64,000 nucleotides of DNA, from NCBI GenBank assembly GCA_963666735.1, contig OY762926.1, positions 3,584,001 through 3,648,000 on the forward strand. The letters are read 5' to 3'. This DNA is from Gemmatimonadota bacterium (lineage in GTDB: Bacteria; Gemmatimonadota; Gemmatimonadetes; Palauibacterales; Palauibacteraceae). The translations under genes were made by a program, and so were the position numbers. The notes beneath the pieces are model-generated. The model was not told where the DNA came from. It did no database searches and saw only the letters and a list, made by a program, of their open reading frames with translations. Positions 30,717 through 39,069 of this stretch are shown piece after piece. Each line of letters begins with the position of its first letter. Positions within the stretch are counted from its first letter, which is position 1.

Positions 30717-31271
30717 ATGTCGGAGTCGGAGCAGGATCAACAGCCGTACGTGATCGTGGAACGCCGGGCGTCCGGGGTCGTCGCATTCGTCTGCGGCGCT
30801 CTGGTGGGCGCGGGCGTCGCGCTGCTTCTGGCGCCGAAGTCCGGACGCGAGACGCAGGCTGACCTGCGGGAGGGGGCCCGCCGGTTCAAGGAGGGGACGG
30901 GGGAGCGACTCACGGACCTCCGGGACACGCTCGGCGACCGCTACGACCGCACGCGCGATCAGGTGGGAACGCGGGTGGGGGCCTTCCGCCGGAACGTCGC
31001 CGACCGCCAGAAGAAGGCCGGGGAGGCGCTAAAGGCGGGGAAGGACGCGGCCCGGCAGGCTCGCTCCGACCTCGAAGCGCGTGTCTCCGAGTCCAAGGAG
31101 GCCTACCGCGCGGCGCTGGCGGAGGGCGCGGCGCCGGAGGAAGGCCTCGAGGAAGCCCCGGAAGATGGGCCCGGGGATGAGGCGGCAGACGGAACCGGAG
31201 ACAAGGCGGGGGAGGCGCCGGGGGCCGATGAGAGCGTCGGCGACGCCGACGGCGAGGCGTCCCGGGAGTGA
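30717..31271 (+). CDS. YtxH domain protein
   Basis: GALVGAGVALLLAPKSGRETQ. Confidence 0.88.
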   Translation: MSESEQDQQPYVIVERRASGVVAFVCGALVGAGVALLLAPKSGRETQADLREGARRFKEGTGERLTDLRDTLGDRYDRTRDQVGTRVGAFRRNVADRQKKAGEALKAGKDAARQARSDLEARVSESKEAYRAALAEGAAPEEGLEEAPEDGPGDEAADGTGDKAGEAPGADESVGDADGEASRE

Positions 31272-31274
31272 GCC

Positions 31275-31748
31275 GTGGGCGATCTCGATGGGGTCCGGGT
31301 CATCGCCCGCAACAGGAAGGCGCGCCACGACTACGAGGTGCTCGAACAGTTCGAGGCGGGGATCGTGCTGCGGGGCGCGGAGGTGAAATCGCTCCGGGAC
31401 GGGAAGGCGAGTTTCACCGACTCGTACGGGCGGATCGACGCCGGGGAGGCGTGGCTCCATAATCTCCACATTCCTCCGTACGACAAGGCGACGATCGACG
31501 CCCCCGACCCGGTGCGTCCGCGAAAGCTCCTGCTCAGGCGGCGGGAGATCGATCGCCTGCGCTCGAAGACGCGGGAGGGCGGGCTGACGCTCGTGCCGCT
31601 GGATCTCCATTTTCGGCGGGGCTTCGCCAAGGTCACGCTGGGGTTGGCGCGGGGGAAGAAGCACCGGGATCGGCGGGAGGACCTGAAGAGGAAGACGATG
31701 CGGCGGGAGGTCGAGCGGGCGACGAGAGAGGCCGCGCGTGGGGGTTGA
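31275..31748 (+). CDS. smpB: SsrA-binding protein
   Basis: NRKARHDY, EAGIVL.GAEVKSLR, RKLLL, ARGKK.DRRE. Confidence 0.97.
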   Translation: MGDLDGVRVIARNRKARHDYEVLEQFEAGIVLRGAEVKSLRDGKASFTDSYGRIDAGEAWLHNLHIPPYDKATIDAPDPVRPRKLLLRRREIDRLRSKTREGGLTLVPLDLHFRRGFAKVTLGLARGKKHRDRREDLKRKTMRREVERATREAARGG

Positions 31749-33036
31749 CCGGGGAGCCCGCGGCGAACGCGGACCGGTCGGCGCGGGCGGGCGGCTGGTG
31801 GTTGCCGCCGCCGCCGTCGCCATCGTCGTCGCGCAGGCCGTGCTTTCGGGGATCCTGGCGAGACTCGAGGCGCAGACGCCCCCCGAGACGGTACAGGCGG
31901 AGGTGTCGGGCCGTACCGTGAGTCTCGCCGTCGCGCGGCACCGGGCCTACCCCGCGGTGGAGGCGGCGGATCTGGCGCTCGCACTGGAGAGCGTCCTCGA
32001 TGACGTCACGCGCAACGGCGTCTTTCTTCGGGCCCGCCTCCGCGGGGAAGAGGTCGCGTTCGAGGCGGAATCGCCCTTCTTCCGACACGGGGAACGCACC
32101 GTGCAGCTTGCGAATCCGCCATACGAGGAAGGCGGCGCCTTCTGGCTTCCGGCCGAGTTCGTCACGCGGTGGGTGTCGGAGGGATCGCCACAGGTCGCTG
32201 CCGTGTCCCCGGGGTCCGAGCCGTCGGAGCCGTCCGCGTCATCTCCTGTGTCCCCGGCGTCCCCTGTGTCCCCTGTGTCCCCGCCGGCCGACGACCCGTT
32301 GCCGGCCCGCGTCGACCCGGCCGCGCCGTGGCGCGTGATCATCGATCCGGGGCACGGAGGCCGCGACCCGGGCACGCTGGGCGGCACCAGCCAGGAGAAG
32401 GACATCGTGCTCGCGATCGCGAGACGACTGTACGAGGAGCTTGAGGGGCGGGAGATGGTCGAGCCCTACCTGACCCGGGACAGGGATGTCTACGTGGACC
32501 TCGACCTGCGCTCCCAGTTCGCGGTGGACCGGGCCGGGGACCTCTTCGTCTCGATCCACGCCAACGCCGCGGCGGACGAACGAGCGCGCGGGTTCGAGAC
32601 CATCTTCCTCGGGCAGGCCCGCTCGGAGGAGGCGCGCGAGATTGCGCTGCGGGAGAACCGGGGCCCCGACGTGGACGACGCGGCGGGTTCGCCGTCCGAC
32701 GTCCGGTTCATCCTCGCGGGACTGGACCGGACCGAGAATCTTGCCGAGTCGCGGCTCTTCGCCGGGTTCGTGCAGAACTCGATCCGAAGCGCCCGTCGCG
32801 GCGGGTCGCCCGACCGCGGCGTCATCCAGGGCCCGTGGTGGGTGCTGCTCGGAGCGCTCGTGCGCATGCCGTCGGTGATCGTCGAAGTCGGATTTCTCTC
32901 CAACGCGGAAGAGGAGCGCTACCTGAACGGCGCGGAGGGACAGGGAGCCATCGCTGGGGCGATCGCGGACGCGATCGTGGCGTACCGCGAGGACTTGCTG
33001 CGCCGGTACGCTCCCGCGCCGGAGCCGGGGTGCTGA
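31738..33036 (+). CDS. N-acetylmuramoyl-L-alanine amidase (Amidase_3)
   Basis: IDPGHGG.DPG, EKD, FVSIHAN, VEVGFLSN; start uncertain. Confidence 0.9.
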   Translation: MGVDRGARGERGPVGAGGRLVVAAAAVAIVVAQAVLSGILARLEAQTPPETVQAEVSGRTVSLAVARHRAYPAVEAADLALALESVLDDVTRNGVFLRARLRGEEVAFEAESPFFRHGERTVQLANPPYEEGGAFWLPAEFVTRWVSEGSPQVAAVSPGSEPSEPSASSPVSPASPVSPVSPPADDPLPARVDPAAPWRVIIDPGHGGRDPGTLGGTSQEKDIVLAIARRLYEELEGREMVEPYLTRDRDVYVDLDLRSQFAVDRAGDLFVSIHANAAADERARGFETIFLGQARSEEAREIALRENRGPDVDDAAGSPSDVRFILAGLDRTENLAESRLFAGFVQNSIRSARRGGSPDRGVIQGPWWVLLGALVRMPSVIVEVGFLSNAEEERYLNGAEGQGAIAGAIADAIVAYREDLLRRYAPAPEPGC

Positions 33037-33848
33037 GCGCCGGCGCCGGCGGCGGTGTCGCCGTGGAGCGCGCGGTGCCGGTGAGCCGGCGGGCGACGTT
33101 GCTCTCCACGCGTCTCGTGGCCCGCGATACCTGGTGGCAGGAGTTCGACTGCCCGGACATCGCGGCTGCCGCGCGGCCCGGGCAGTTCGTCATGCTCGGC
33201 GTCGGGCTCGGCGCGCCGGGGGCCTGGCTCCTCCCGCGTCCGTTCAGCGTCGGCTGGACGGGCTCCGGCGGCGAAGTCGGCATCCTGCTGCGCGCCTACG
33301 GGCAGGGCACCCGGGCGCTGGCGAAACTGGAGGCCGGGCAGACCGCCCTCCTGCTCGGCCCGCTCGGCCGACCCTTCGACACGGAGGGCGCGGAAGTCGA
33401 GTGCATCGCCGGCGGCGTCGGGCTCGCTCCGTTCATCTTCCTCGCGGCGCGCGAGGCCGCCGCGGGACGGCGGGTGCGGCTCATCTACGGAGAGCGGGAC
33501 GCCGGAGCCGTCTTCGACCCCGGGCTCATCGCCCGCCTCACCGAGCACGACCCGGAGTTGTTCACGGAAGACGGAAGCGCCGGCCGGAAGGGGCTCGTGA
33601 CCGCCGGCCTCGACCCGGCGTCGAACGCGCTTCTCCTCGGCTGCGGTCCCACGCCGCTCCTCCGGGCGCTCGAGGCCTTCGCGCGGGAACATGGCCGCGG
33701 GCTCCAGGTCTCGGTGGAGGAACACATGGGCTGCGGGATCGGCACCTGCCAGGGGTGCGTGGTGCGCGGGGCGGACGGTCGCTGGGTGAAGTCGTGCATC
33801 GAGGGCTCCGTCTTCCCCGCGGAGGAACTCGACTGGGGGGCGATCTGA
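33030..33848 (+). CDS. pyrK: Dihydroorotate dehydrogenase electron transfer subunit
   Basis: PGQFVML, RPFS, GGVGLAP, MGCGIGTCQGC 2Fe-2S motif. Confidence 0.92.
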   Translation: MLSAGAGGGVAVERAVPVSRRATLLSTRLVARDTWWQEFDCPDIAAAARPGQFVMLGVGLGAPGAWLLPRPFSVGWTGSGGEVGILLRAYGQGTRALAKLEAGQTALLLGPLGRPFDTEGAEVECIAGGVGLAPFIFLAAREAAAGRRVRLIYGERDAGAVFDPGLIARLTEHDPELFTEDGSAGRKGLVTAGLDPASNALLLGCGPTPLLRALEAFAREHGRGLQVSVEEHMGCGIGTCQGCVVRGADGRWVKSCIEGSVFPAEELDWGAI

Positions 33849-34810
33849 CCTCGGCTGCGGCGTCCCCGGGCCTCGTCCAGCGCGTGTTCGGGGCGGAGTT
33901 TCCGAGTCCCGTGCTCCTGGCCTCGGGCACGTGCGGCTACGGACAGGAATACGCGGATCTCATTCCCCTCGACGAGATCGGTGGGCTGGTCACGAAGGCG
34001 GTGAGCCTCGAGCCGCGCCCCGGGAACCCGCCGCACCGCGTCGCGGAGACGCCCGGCGGGATGATCAACGCGATCGGGCTCGAGAACCCCGGCCTGCGCG
34101 GCTTCATCGCGGAGAAACTCCCCTGGCTGCGCGAGCACCTCCGCCGCGCGCAGGTGTTCGTGAACGTCGTCGGGCACTCGGCGGAGGACTTCGCCGCCGT
34201 CGTAAGCGGACTCGACGGAGAGGATGGCTTCCTCGGGTACGAGATCAACGTCTCCTGCCCCAACGTGAAGGGCGGCACGATGTTCGGCACCGACGAACGG
34301 GCGCTGGCCGACCTTGTGGCGCGGCTCCGCGGCTGCACGGAGCGGCCGCTCGTGATCAAGCTCACGCCCAACGTTCCCGACGTGGGCGACTTCGCCCGCA
34401 TCTGCGAGGAAGCGGGGGCCGACGGCCTGAGCGCGATCAACACCTTCCCCGGGATGGTCGTCGACGTCGCGCGCCGCGAACCGCTGATCGGCAGCCGGTC
34501 CGGCGGCGTGAGCGGCCCCGCCATCCTCCCCATGGGCGTCTACGCGACGTGGCGGGCGCGGCAGACGTGCGAGCTTCCGATCATGGGGATCGGGGGGATC
34601 CGCAACGCAGAGGACGCGTTGCAGTACGTCCTCGCCGGCGCCTGCCTCGTCCAGATCGGGACGGCCTCGTTCGTCGATCCGGGCGCGGCCGTGGCGGTCC
34701 ACGAGGGGATCTCGGACCACCTGAGGGCGAACGGGGTCGCGCGCATCGAGGATCTCGTGGGCGTGCTCCGGGCCCGGCCCGGCACGGGCCCCGCGATTCC
34801 GGCCGGCTGA
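33845..34810 (+). CDS. pyrD: Dihydroorotate dehydrogenase B catalytic subunit
   Basis: ASGTCG, NAIGLENPG, EINVSCPN, KLTPN, GGVSGPAI; start uncertain (CTG 33845 or GTG ~33885). Confidence 0.93.
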   Translation: MTSAAASPGLVQRVFGAEFPSPVLLASGTCGYGQEYADLIPLDEIGGLVTKAVSLEPRPGNPPHRVAETPGGMINAIGLENPGLRGFIAEKLPWLREHLRRAQVFVNVVGHSAEDFAAVVSGLDGEDGFLGYEINVSCPNVKGGTMFGTDERALADLVARLRGCTERPLVIKLTPNVPDVGDFARICEEAGADGLSAINTFPGMVVDVARREPLIGSRSGGVSGPAILPMGVYATWRARQTCELPIMGIGGIRNAEDALQYVLAGACLVQIGTASFVDPGAAVAVHEGISDHLRANGVARIEDLVGVLRARPGTGPAIPAG

Positions 34811-36306
34811 TGGCTCCCGGAAAGGCGATTCCCGGCCAGGCGCTGGTCGACCTCGCGTCGGCGCTCTTCGTCGAGTGGCACGGCGAACCGCCGCAGGACA
34901 TCCGTCCCGTCGCCGCGGATGGCTCCACCCGCAGCTACTGGCGTCTCACCGCCCGGGACGGGGCGTCCGCCGTGGGCGCCCACGGGCCCGACCCCATGGA
35001 GAACCGGGCCTTTCTCTCCTACTCCCGCACGTTGCGCGAACTCGGACTGCCCGTGCCCGAGGTGTACGGAGCGGACGAGAAGTCCGGCGTGTGGCTCCTC
35101 GAGGATCTCGGCGACACGACCCTCTTCGATGCGATCAAGGAGGCCCGCGAGCCGGGATCGGACGCCCTCCCCGACGCCGTCCTCCCCCTCTACCGGCAGG
35201 TGCTCGAGGTCCTGCCGCGCTTCCAGGTCGAGGGAGGGAAGCGGATCGACTTCCGCCGCGCCTATCCCCGGGCCGCGTTCGACCGGCAGTCCATCCTGTG
35301 GGATCTCAACTACTTCAAGTACCACTTCCTGAAGCTCGCGCACATCCCGTTCAACGAAGCGCACCTCGAGCGCGACTTCTCGCGGCTCGCGCGGCATCTG
35401 CTCGCCGGCGACCGGTCCCGGTTCCTGTACCGCGACCTCCAGTCCCGCAACGTGATGGTGCGGCAGGGGCCGGAGGGTCCGGAACCCTGGTTCATCGACT
35501 ATCAGGGCGGACGGCGCGGGGCGCTGCAGTACGACGTGGCGTCGCTCCTCTACGACTCGAAGGCGAATCTCGGGCACCGGCAACGGGAGGCGCTGCTCGA
35601 TCACTACATCGGCGTCATCGAATCGCACGGGGTCGCGCGGCGCGAGGAGTTCCTCGAACTCTGGCCCGGGTACGTCCTCGTGCGGCTGCTGCAGGCGCTC
35701 GGGGCCTACGGTTACCGGGGGTTCTTCGAGCGGAAGCCGCGTTTCCTGCAGAGCGTGCCCTACGCGGCGGAGAACCTGCGGGGGTTGCTCGAGGGAGGTC
35801 TGCCCGCGGACGTCCCCGAACTCGAGGGGGCGCTGCGCGCGATCGTCGACCGCTGGGGCCGCGAGGCGGAGCCGTCGGCGGTCGAGGGAGGACTGGAGGT
35901 GACGGTCTCCAGCTTCCGGTATCCCGGCGGATATCCGGAGGACACGTCCGGTCACGGCGGAGGGTACGTGTTCGACTGCCGCGGGCTCACGAATCCGGGC
36001 CGGCAGGAGGCGTACCGCAACCTCACGGGTCTCGACGAGGAGACGATCGCCTTCATCGCGGCCCGGCCGGAGGCGCAGGAGTTCTGGGAACGGGTGCGGG
36101 GGATCGTGGACGCGCACATCGCGAACTACCTGGAGCGCGGGTTCCACAGCCTTGGCGTGCATTTCGGGTGTACGGGGGGGCAGCACCGCTCGGTGTACAT
36201 GGCGGAGCGGCTGCGCCAGCACCTGACCGTGCGCTTCCCGGACGTGCGCGTGGAGGTCACGCACCGGGAATCGGCGGACTGGCCCCGCCGTCCCGCGCGG
36301 GTCTGA
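34810..36306 (+). CDS. AmgK-like anomeric sugar kinase (APH fold) fused to RapZ C-terminal-like domain
   Basis: GSTRSYWR, EDLGD, RDLQSRN, IDYQ; C-terminal FDCRGLTNPG and FGCTGGQHRSV. Confidence 0.85.
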   Translation: MAPGKAIPGQALVDLASALFVEWHGEPPQDIRPVAADGSTRSYWRLTARDGASAVGAHGPDPMENRAFLSYSRTLRELGLPVPEVYGADEKSGVWLLEDLGDTTLFDAIKEAREPGSDALPDAVLPLYRQVLEVLPRFQVEGGKRIDFRRAYPRAAFDRQSILWDLNYFKYHFLKLAHIPFNEAHLERDFSRLARHLLAGDRSRFLYRDLQSRNVMVRQGPEGPEPWFIDYQGGRRGALQYDVASLLYDSKANLGHRQREALLDHYIGVIESHGVARREEFLELWPGYVLVRLLQALGAYGYRGFFERKPRFLQSVPYAAENLRGLLEGGLPADVPELEGALRAIVDRWGREAEPSAVEGGLEVTVSSFRYPGGYPEDTSGHGGGYVFDCRGLTNPGRQEAYRNLTGLDEETIAFIAARPEAQEFWERVRGIVDAHIANYLERGFHSLGVHFGCTGGQHRSVYMAERLRQHLTVRFPDVRVEVTHRESADWPRRPARV

Positions 36307-36328
36307 GCCGGCGGGCGGGGGCGGACGC

Positions 36329-37138
36329 GTGGAGGCGATGATCTTCGCGGCGGGCCGGGGACGCCGCCTGCGGCCGCTCACCGACGCGACGCCCAAGGCG
36401 CTCGTCGACTTCGGCGGCGTCCCCCTCCTGGAGCGCGTCGCCGGGAGCCTCGTCGCGGCCGGGGCCCACCGCCTGATCGTGAACGCCCACTATCTCGCCG
36501 GACAGGTGGCGGCGTGGGCCGAGGCGTCGTCGCTGGACGTTCCCGTGTTCGTGTCGCGGGAGGACGAGGAGTCGCCGGCTCCCCTCGACACGAGCGGCGG
36601 GCTCTTCCACGCGCGGCCGCTGTTCGAGGCGCGGGAACCCTTCCTGCTCCACAACTGCGACGTCGTGACCGAGGTCGACTTGGCGGCGCTGTATCGTGCG
36701 CACCTGGAGGGGGAGGCGCGGGACGGGCGGCTGGCCACGCTCGCGATCGCGGAGCGGGAGACGTCGCGCCCTCTCCTGGCGGACGGCCGGGGCGTGTACG
36801 GGCGCGCGAACCGGACGGAGGGGTGGGAAGTCATCGCGCGCGAGCCGTCGAGCGCACACGAAGCCCGGGAGGTCGGATTCTGCGGCATTCACGTGTTCTC
36901 ACCGCGCGTATTCGAACGCCACGCGGAAGGAGGCGTCTTCTCGATCATGGATTCGTACATGGACTGGATCGGGGACGGGGAGCACGTCGGCGTGTTCGAC
37001 GCGACGGGCGCGGCGTGGTACGACATCGGGACGCCGGAGCGGCTGCACGACGCGCGGCGCGCCTTTGGCGTGGCCACTGGCGCCGCGACAGCGCCTTCGG
37101 CAGCGGCCACGCCGAAGGTGGGGAGCGCGGACGCATGA
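36329..37138 (+). CDS. MurU-like nucleotidyltransferase
   Basis: AMIFAAGRGRRLRPLTDATPKAL, WYDIGTPERL; adjacent to AmgK-like gene. Confidence 0.85.
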   Translation: MEAMIFAAGRGRRLRPLTDATPKALVDFGGVPLLERVAGSLVAAGAHRLIVNAHYLAGQVAAWAEASSLDVPVFVSREDEESPAPLDTSGGLFHARPLFEAREPFLLHNCDVVTEVDLAALYRAHLEGEARDGRLATLAIAERETSRPLLADGRGVYGRANRTEGWEVIAREPSSAHEAREVGFCGIHVFSPRVFERHAEGGVFSIMDSYMDWIGDGEHVGVFDATGAAWYDIGTPERLHDARRAFGVATGAATAPSAAATPKVGSADA

Positions 37139-38142
37139 GGGCGATCCGCATCCGGGAGCCCGGCGGCCCCGAAGTCCTGGAACTCGTCGAGCGGGACGAC
37201 CCGGTCGACGCGGCGGGGGAGGTGCGGGTGCGCGTGCGGTGTGCGGGGATCAACCGGGCCGATCTCCTGCAGCGGATGGGCCGCTATCCGGCGCCCGCGG
37301 ACGCCCCCCCGGACATTCCGGGACTCGAGTTTGCCGGTGAGATCGAGACGGTCGGGGCCGGCGTCGCCGGCTGGTCGGCGGGCGACCGCGCGATGGGCAT
37401 TCTCGGGGGCGGCGGATACGCGGAGCGGGTAACGGTGCCGGCCGGGCAGCTCCTGCCCGTCCCGCCGACGCTGAGCTGGACCGAGGCGGGAGCGATCCCG
37501 GAGGTCTTCCTCACCGCGGCGGACGCCCTAGTCGAGCGCGGCCGCCTGCGCCCCGGCGAGTGCGTGCTCGTGCACACGGCCGGCGGCGGCGTCGGAACGG
37601 CCGCCCTGCAGCTTGCCCAGGCGGCCGGGGCGGGCGCGATCATCGCCACGGCGTCGGCGGACAAGCTTCGCCGCCTGCGTGAAGCCGGACTGCCGCACGA
37701 CCTCGCCGTCGACCGCCGGGCCGGCTCCTTCGCCGACGCCATCGCGCAGCACACCGCCCGGGCCGGCGCCGACGTCATCCTCGACACCGTCGGCGCCCCG
37801 TACTGGGAGGCGAACATGGCCAGCCTCGCCACGCTGGGCCGCCTCGTCATCGTCGGCGTCATGGGCGGCATGAAGGTCGAGGCCGATCTCCGCTATCTCA
37901 TGGGCAAGCGCGCGACCGTCGTCGGCACCGTCCTCCGCGCCCGCGCGAAGGCGGAGAAGGCATACCTCACGGAGATGTTCGCGACCCGCTTCCTCCCCGG
38001 ATTCAGCGAGCCGGAGGGCGACCCCTCCCACCTGCGCCCGGTCATCGACCGCGTGTTTCCCCTGGCCGAAGCCGCCGAGGCGCACCGCTACGTCGAGTCC
38101 AACCGCTCCTTCGGCAAGGTCCTCCTCGACCTCGATGCCTGA
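37135..38142 (+). CDS. NAD(P)H:quinone oxidoreductase, PIG3 family
   Basis: GINRADLLQR.G.YP, PGLEFAG, GGGVGTA, GTVLRAR. Confidence 0.9.
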   Translation: MRAIRIREPGGPEVLELVERDDPVDAAGEVRVRVRCAGINRADLLQRMGRYPAPADAPPDIPGLEFAGEIETVGAGVAGWSAGDRAMGILGGGGYAERVTVPAGQLLPVPPTLSWTEAGAIPEVFLTAADALVERGRLRPGECVLVHTAGGGVGTAALQLAQAAGAGAIIATASADKLRRLREAGLPHDLAVDRRAGSFADAIAQHTARAGADVILDTVGAPYWEANMASLATLGRLVIVGVMGGMKVEADLRYLMGKRATVVGTVLRARAKAEKAYLTEMFATRFLPGFSEPEGDPSHLRPVIDRVFPLAEAAEAHRYVESNRSFGKVLLDLDA

Positions 38143-38355
38143 CGCGGGGCTTACACTAAAGGCTGTGCCGGTTCTCCTGCGTCAGTCCGACGATTCGCTC
38201 AACCGATCCACGCCGCGATTCGCGACCGGGCCGCGTAAGCCCTGACACACCCGCCTCGGCACCCGCCAGACTACCCAGACGGCGATGATGTTGCGTTGAG
38301 GTGCTGCGGTATCGCTACGTGTCGTGACATGCACAACTCCACCAATGGGAGCGCC

Positions 38356-39066
38356 ATGATCGCCTATTGCCTCGCGGACGTGTTCAACCTCGAACTCTGG
38401 CCTCGCCACCGCCTGCCGGTGCAGCTCGCGGTTGAAGATGGCCTTCGCGACCTCGTCGGTCAGGTGAACTCCGCAGTGCCATCGGCCACCGAGGTCACGA
38501 TCCGCCTCTACGGCGGGTGGCATCGAGAGACGCTCAAAGCACCGGTCGACATCCGGCACATGATGGAGCGAGCCATCGAAAACAACCCCAAGAGATACCG
38601 GGCACAGAGAATTCGGGTTCAGCTTGCCGACCATCCCATCTGGGATCCGGGCACACCCCTCCTGCGTTCGCTTCGCGACTCGCCGCTGATGCGCGTACAC
38701 GCCCAGGTGACCCCATCGAAGCAGTGCTTCTCTCCGGCCACTTGCACGTCCGAAGCGCTTCGCAGCTGGTGTACGGGAACCTGTCCCGAGTCACGTTGTC
38801 CCGTGACGCTACGGCAGATTGCCCACCGCACTCGCCAGAAGATGGTGGATACGTTGCTCACGGCCGACGCGATGGCGATAATTAAAGACCGCCTTGCCCA
38901 CGCCGTCGTTCTTGCGAGCGACGATAGCGACATGATCCCGGCGCTGCTCGCGCTGTCGGCCTCCGACATCCAGCTCACTCATCTTCGCCGCCACGTCGCT
39001 GGTGGTTCCGTGGGCATGTATGATTCCGTATTCGACGAAACCGGTACGCACATCAGGAACTGGTAA
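38356..39066 (+). CDS. NYN/LabA-like PIN-fold nuclease with Cys-rich insert
   Basis: N-terminal LADVFN, RLYGGW, QKMVDTLL.AD, LASDDSDMIP; insert CFSPATC..WCTGTCPESRC. Confidence 0.75.
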   Translation: MIAYCLADVFNLELWPRHRLPVQLAVEDGLRDLVGQVNSAVPSATEVTIRLYGGWHRETLKAPVDIRHMMERAIENNPKRYRAQRIRVQLADHPIWDPGTPLLRSLRDSPLMRVHAQVTPSKQCFSPATCTSEALRSWCTGTCPESRCPVTLRQIAHRTRQKMVDTLLTADAMAIIKDRLAHAVVLASDDSDMIPALLALSASDIQLTHLRRHVAGGSVGMYDSVFDETGTHIRNW

Positions 39067-39069
39067 TCC

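Noticed and set aside
31275..31748. tmRNA or tRNA near smpB or island edges
   Set aside because: No intergenic space or recognisable RNA gene found by eye
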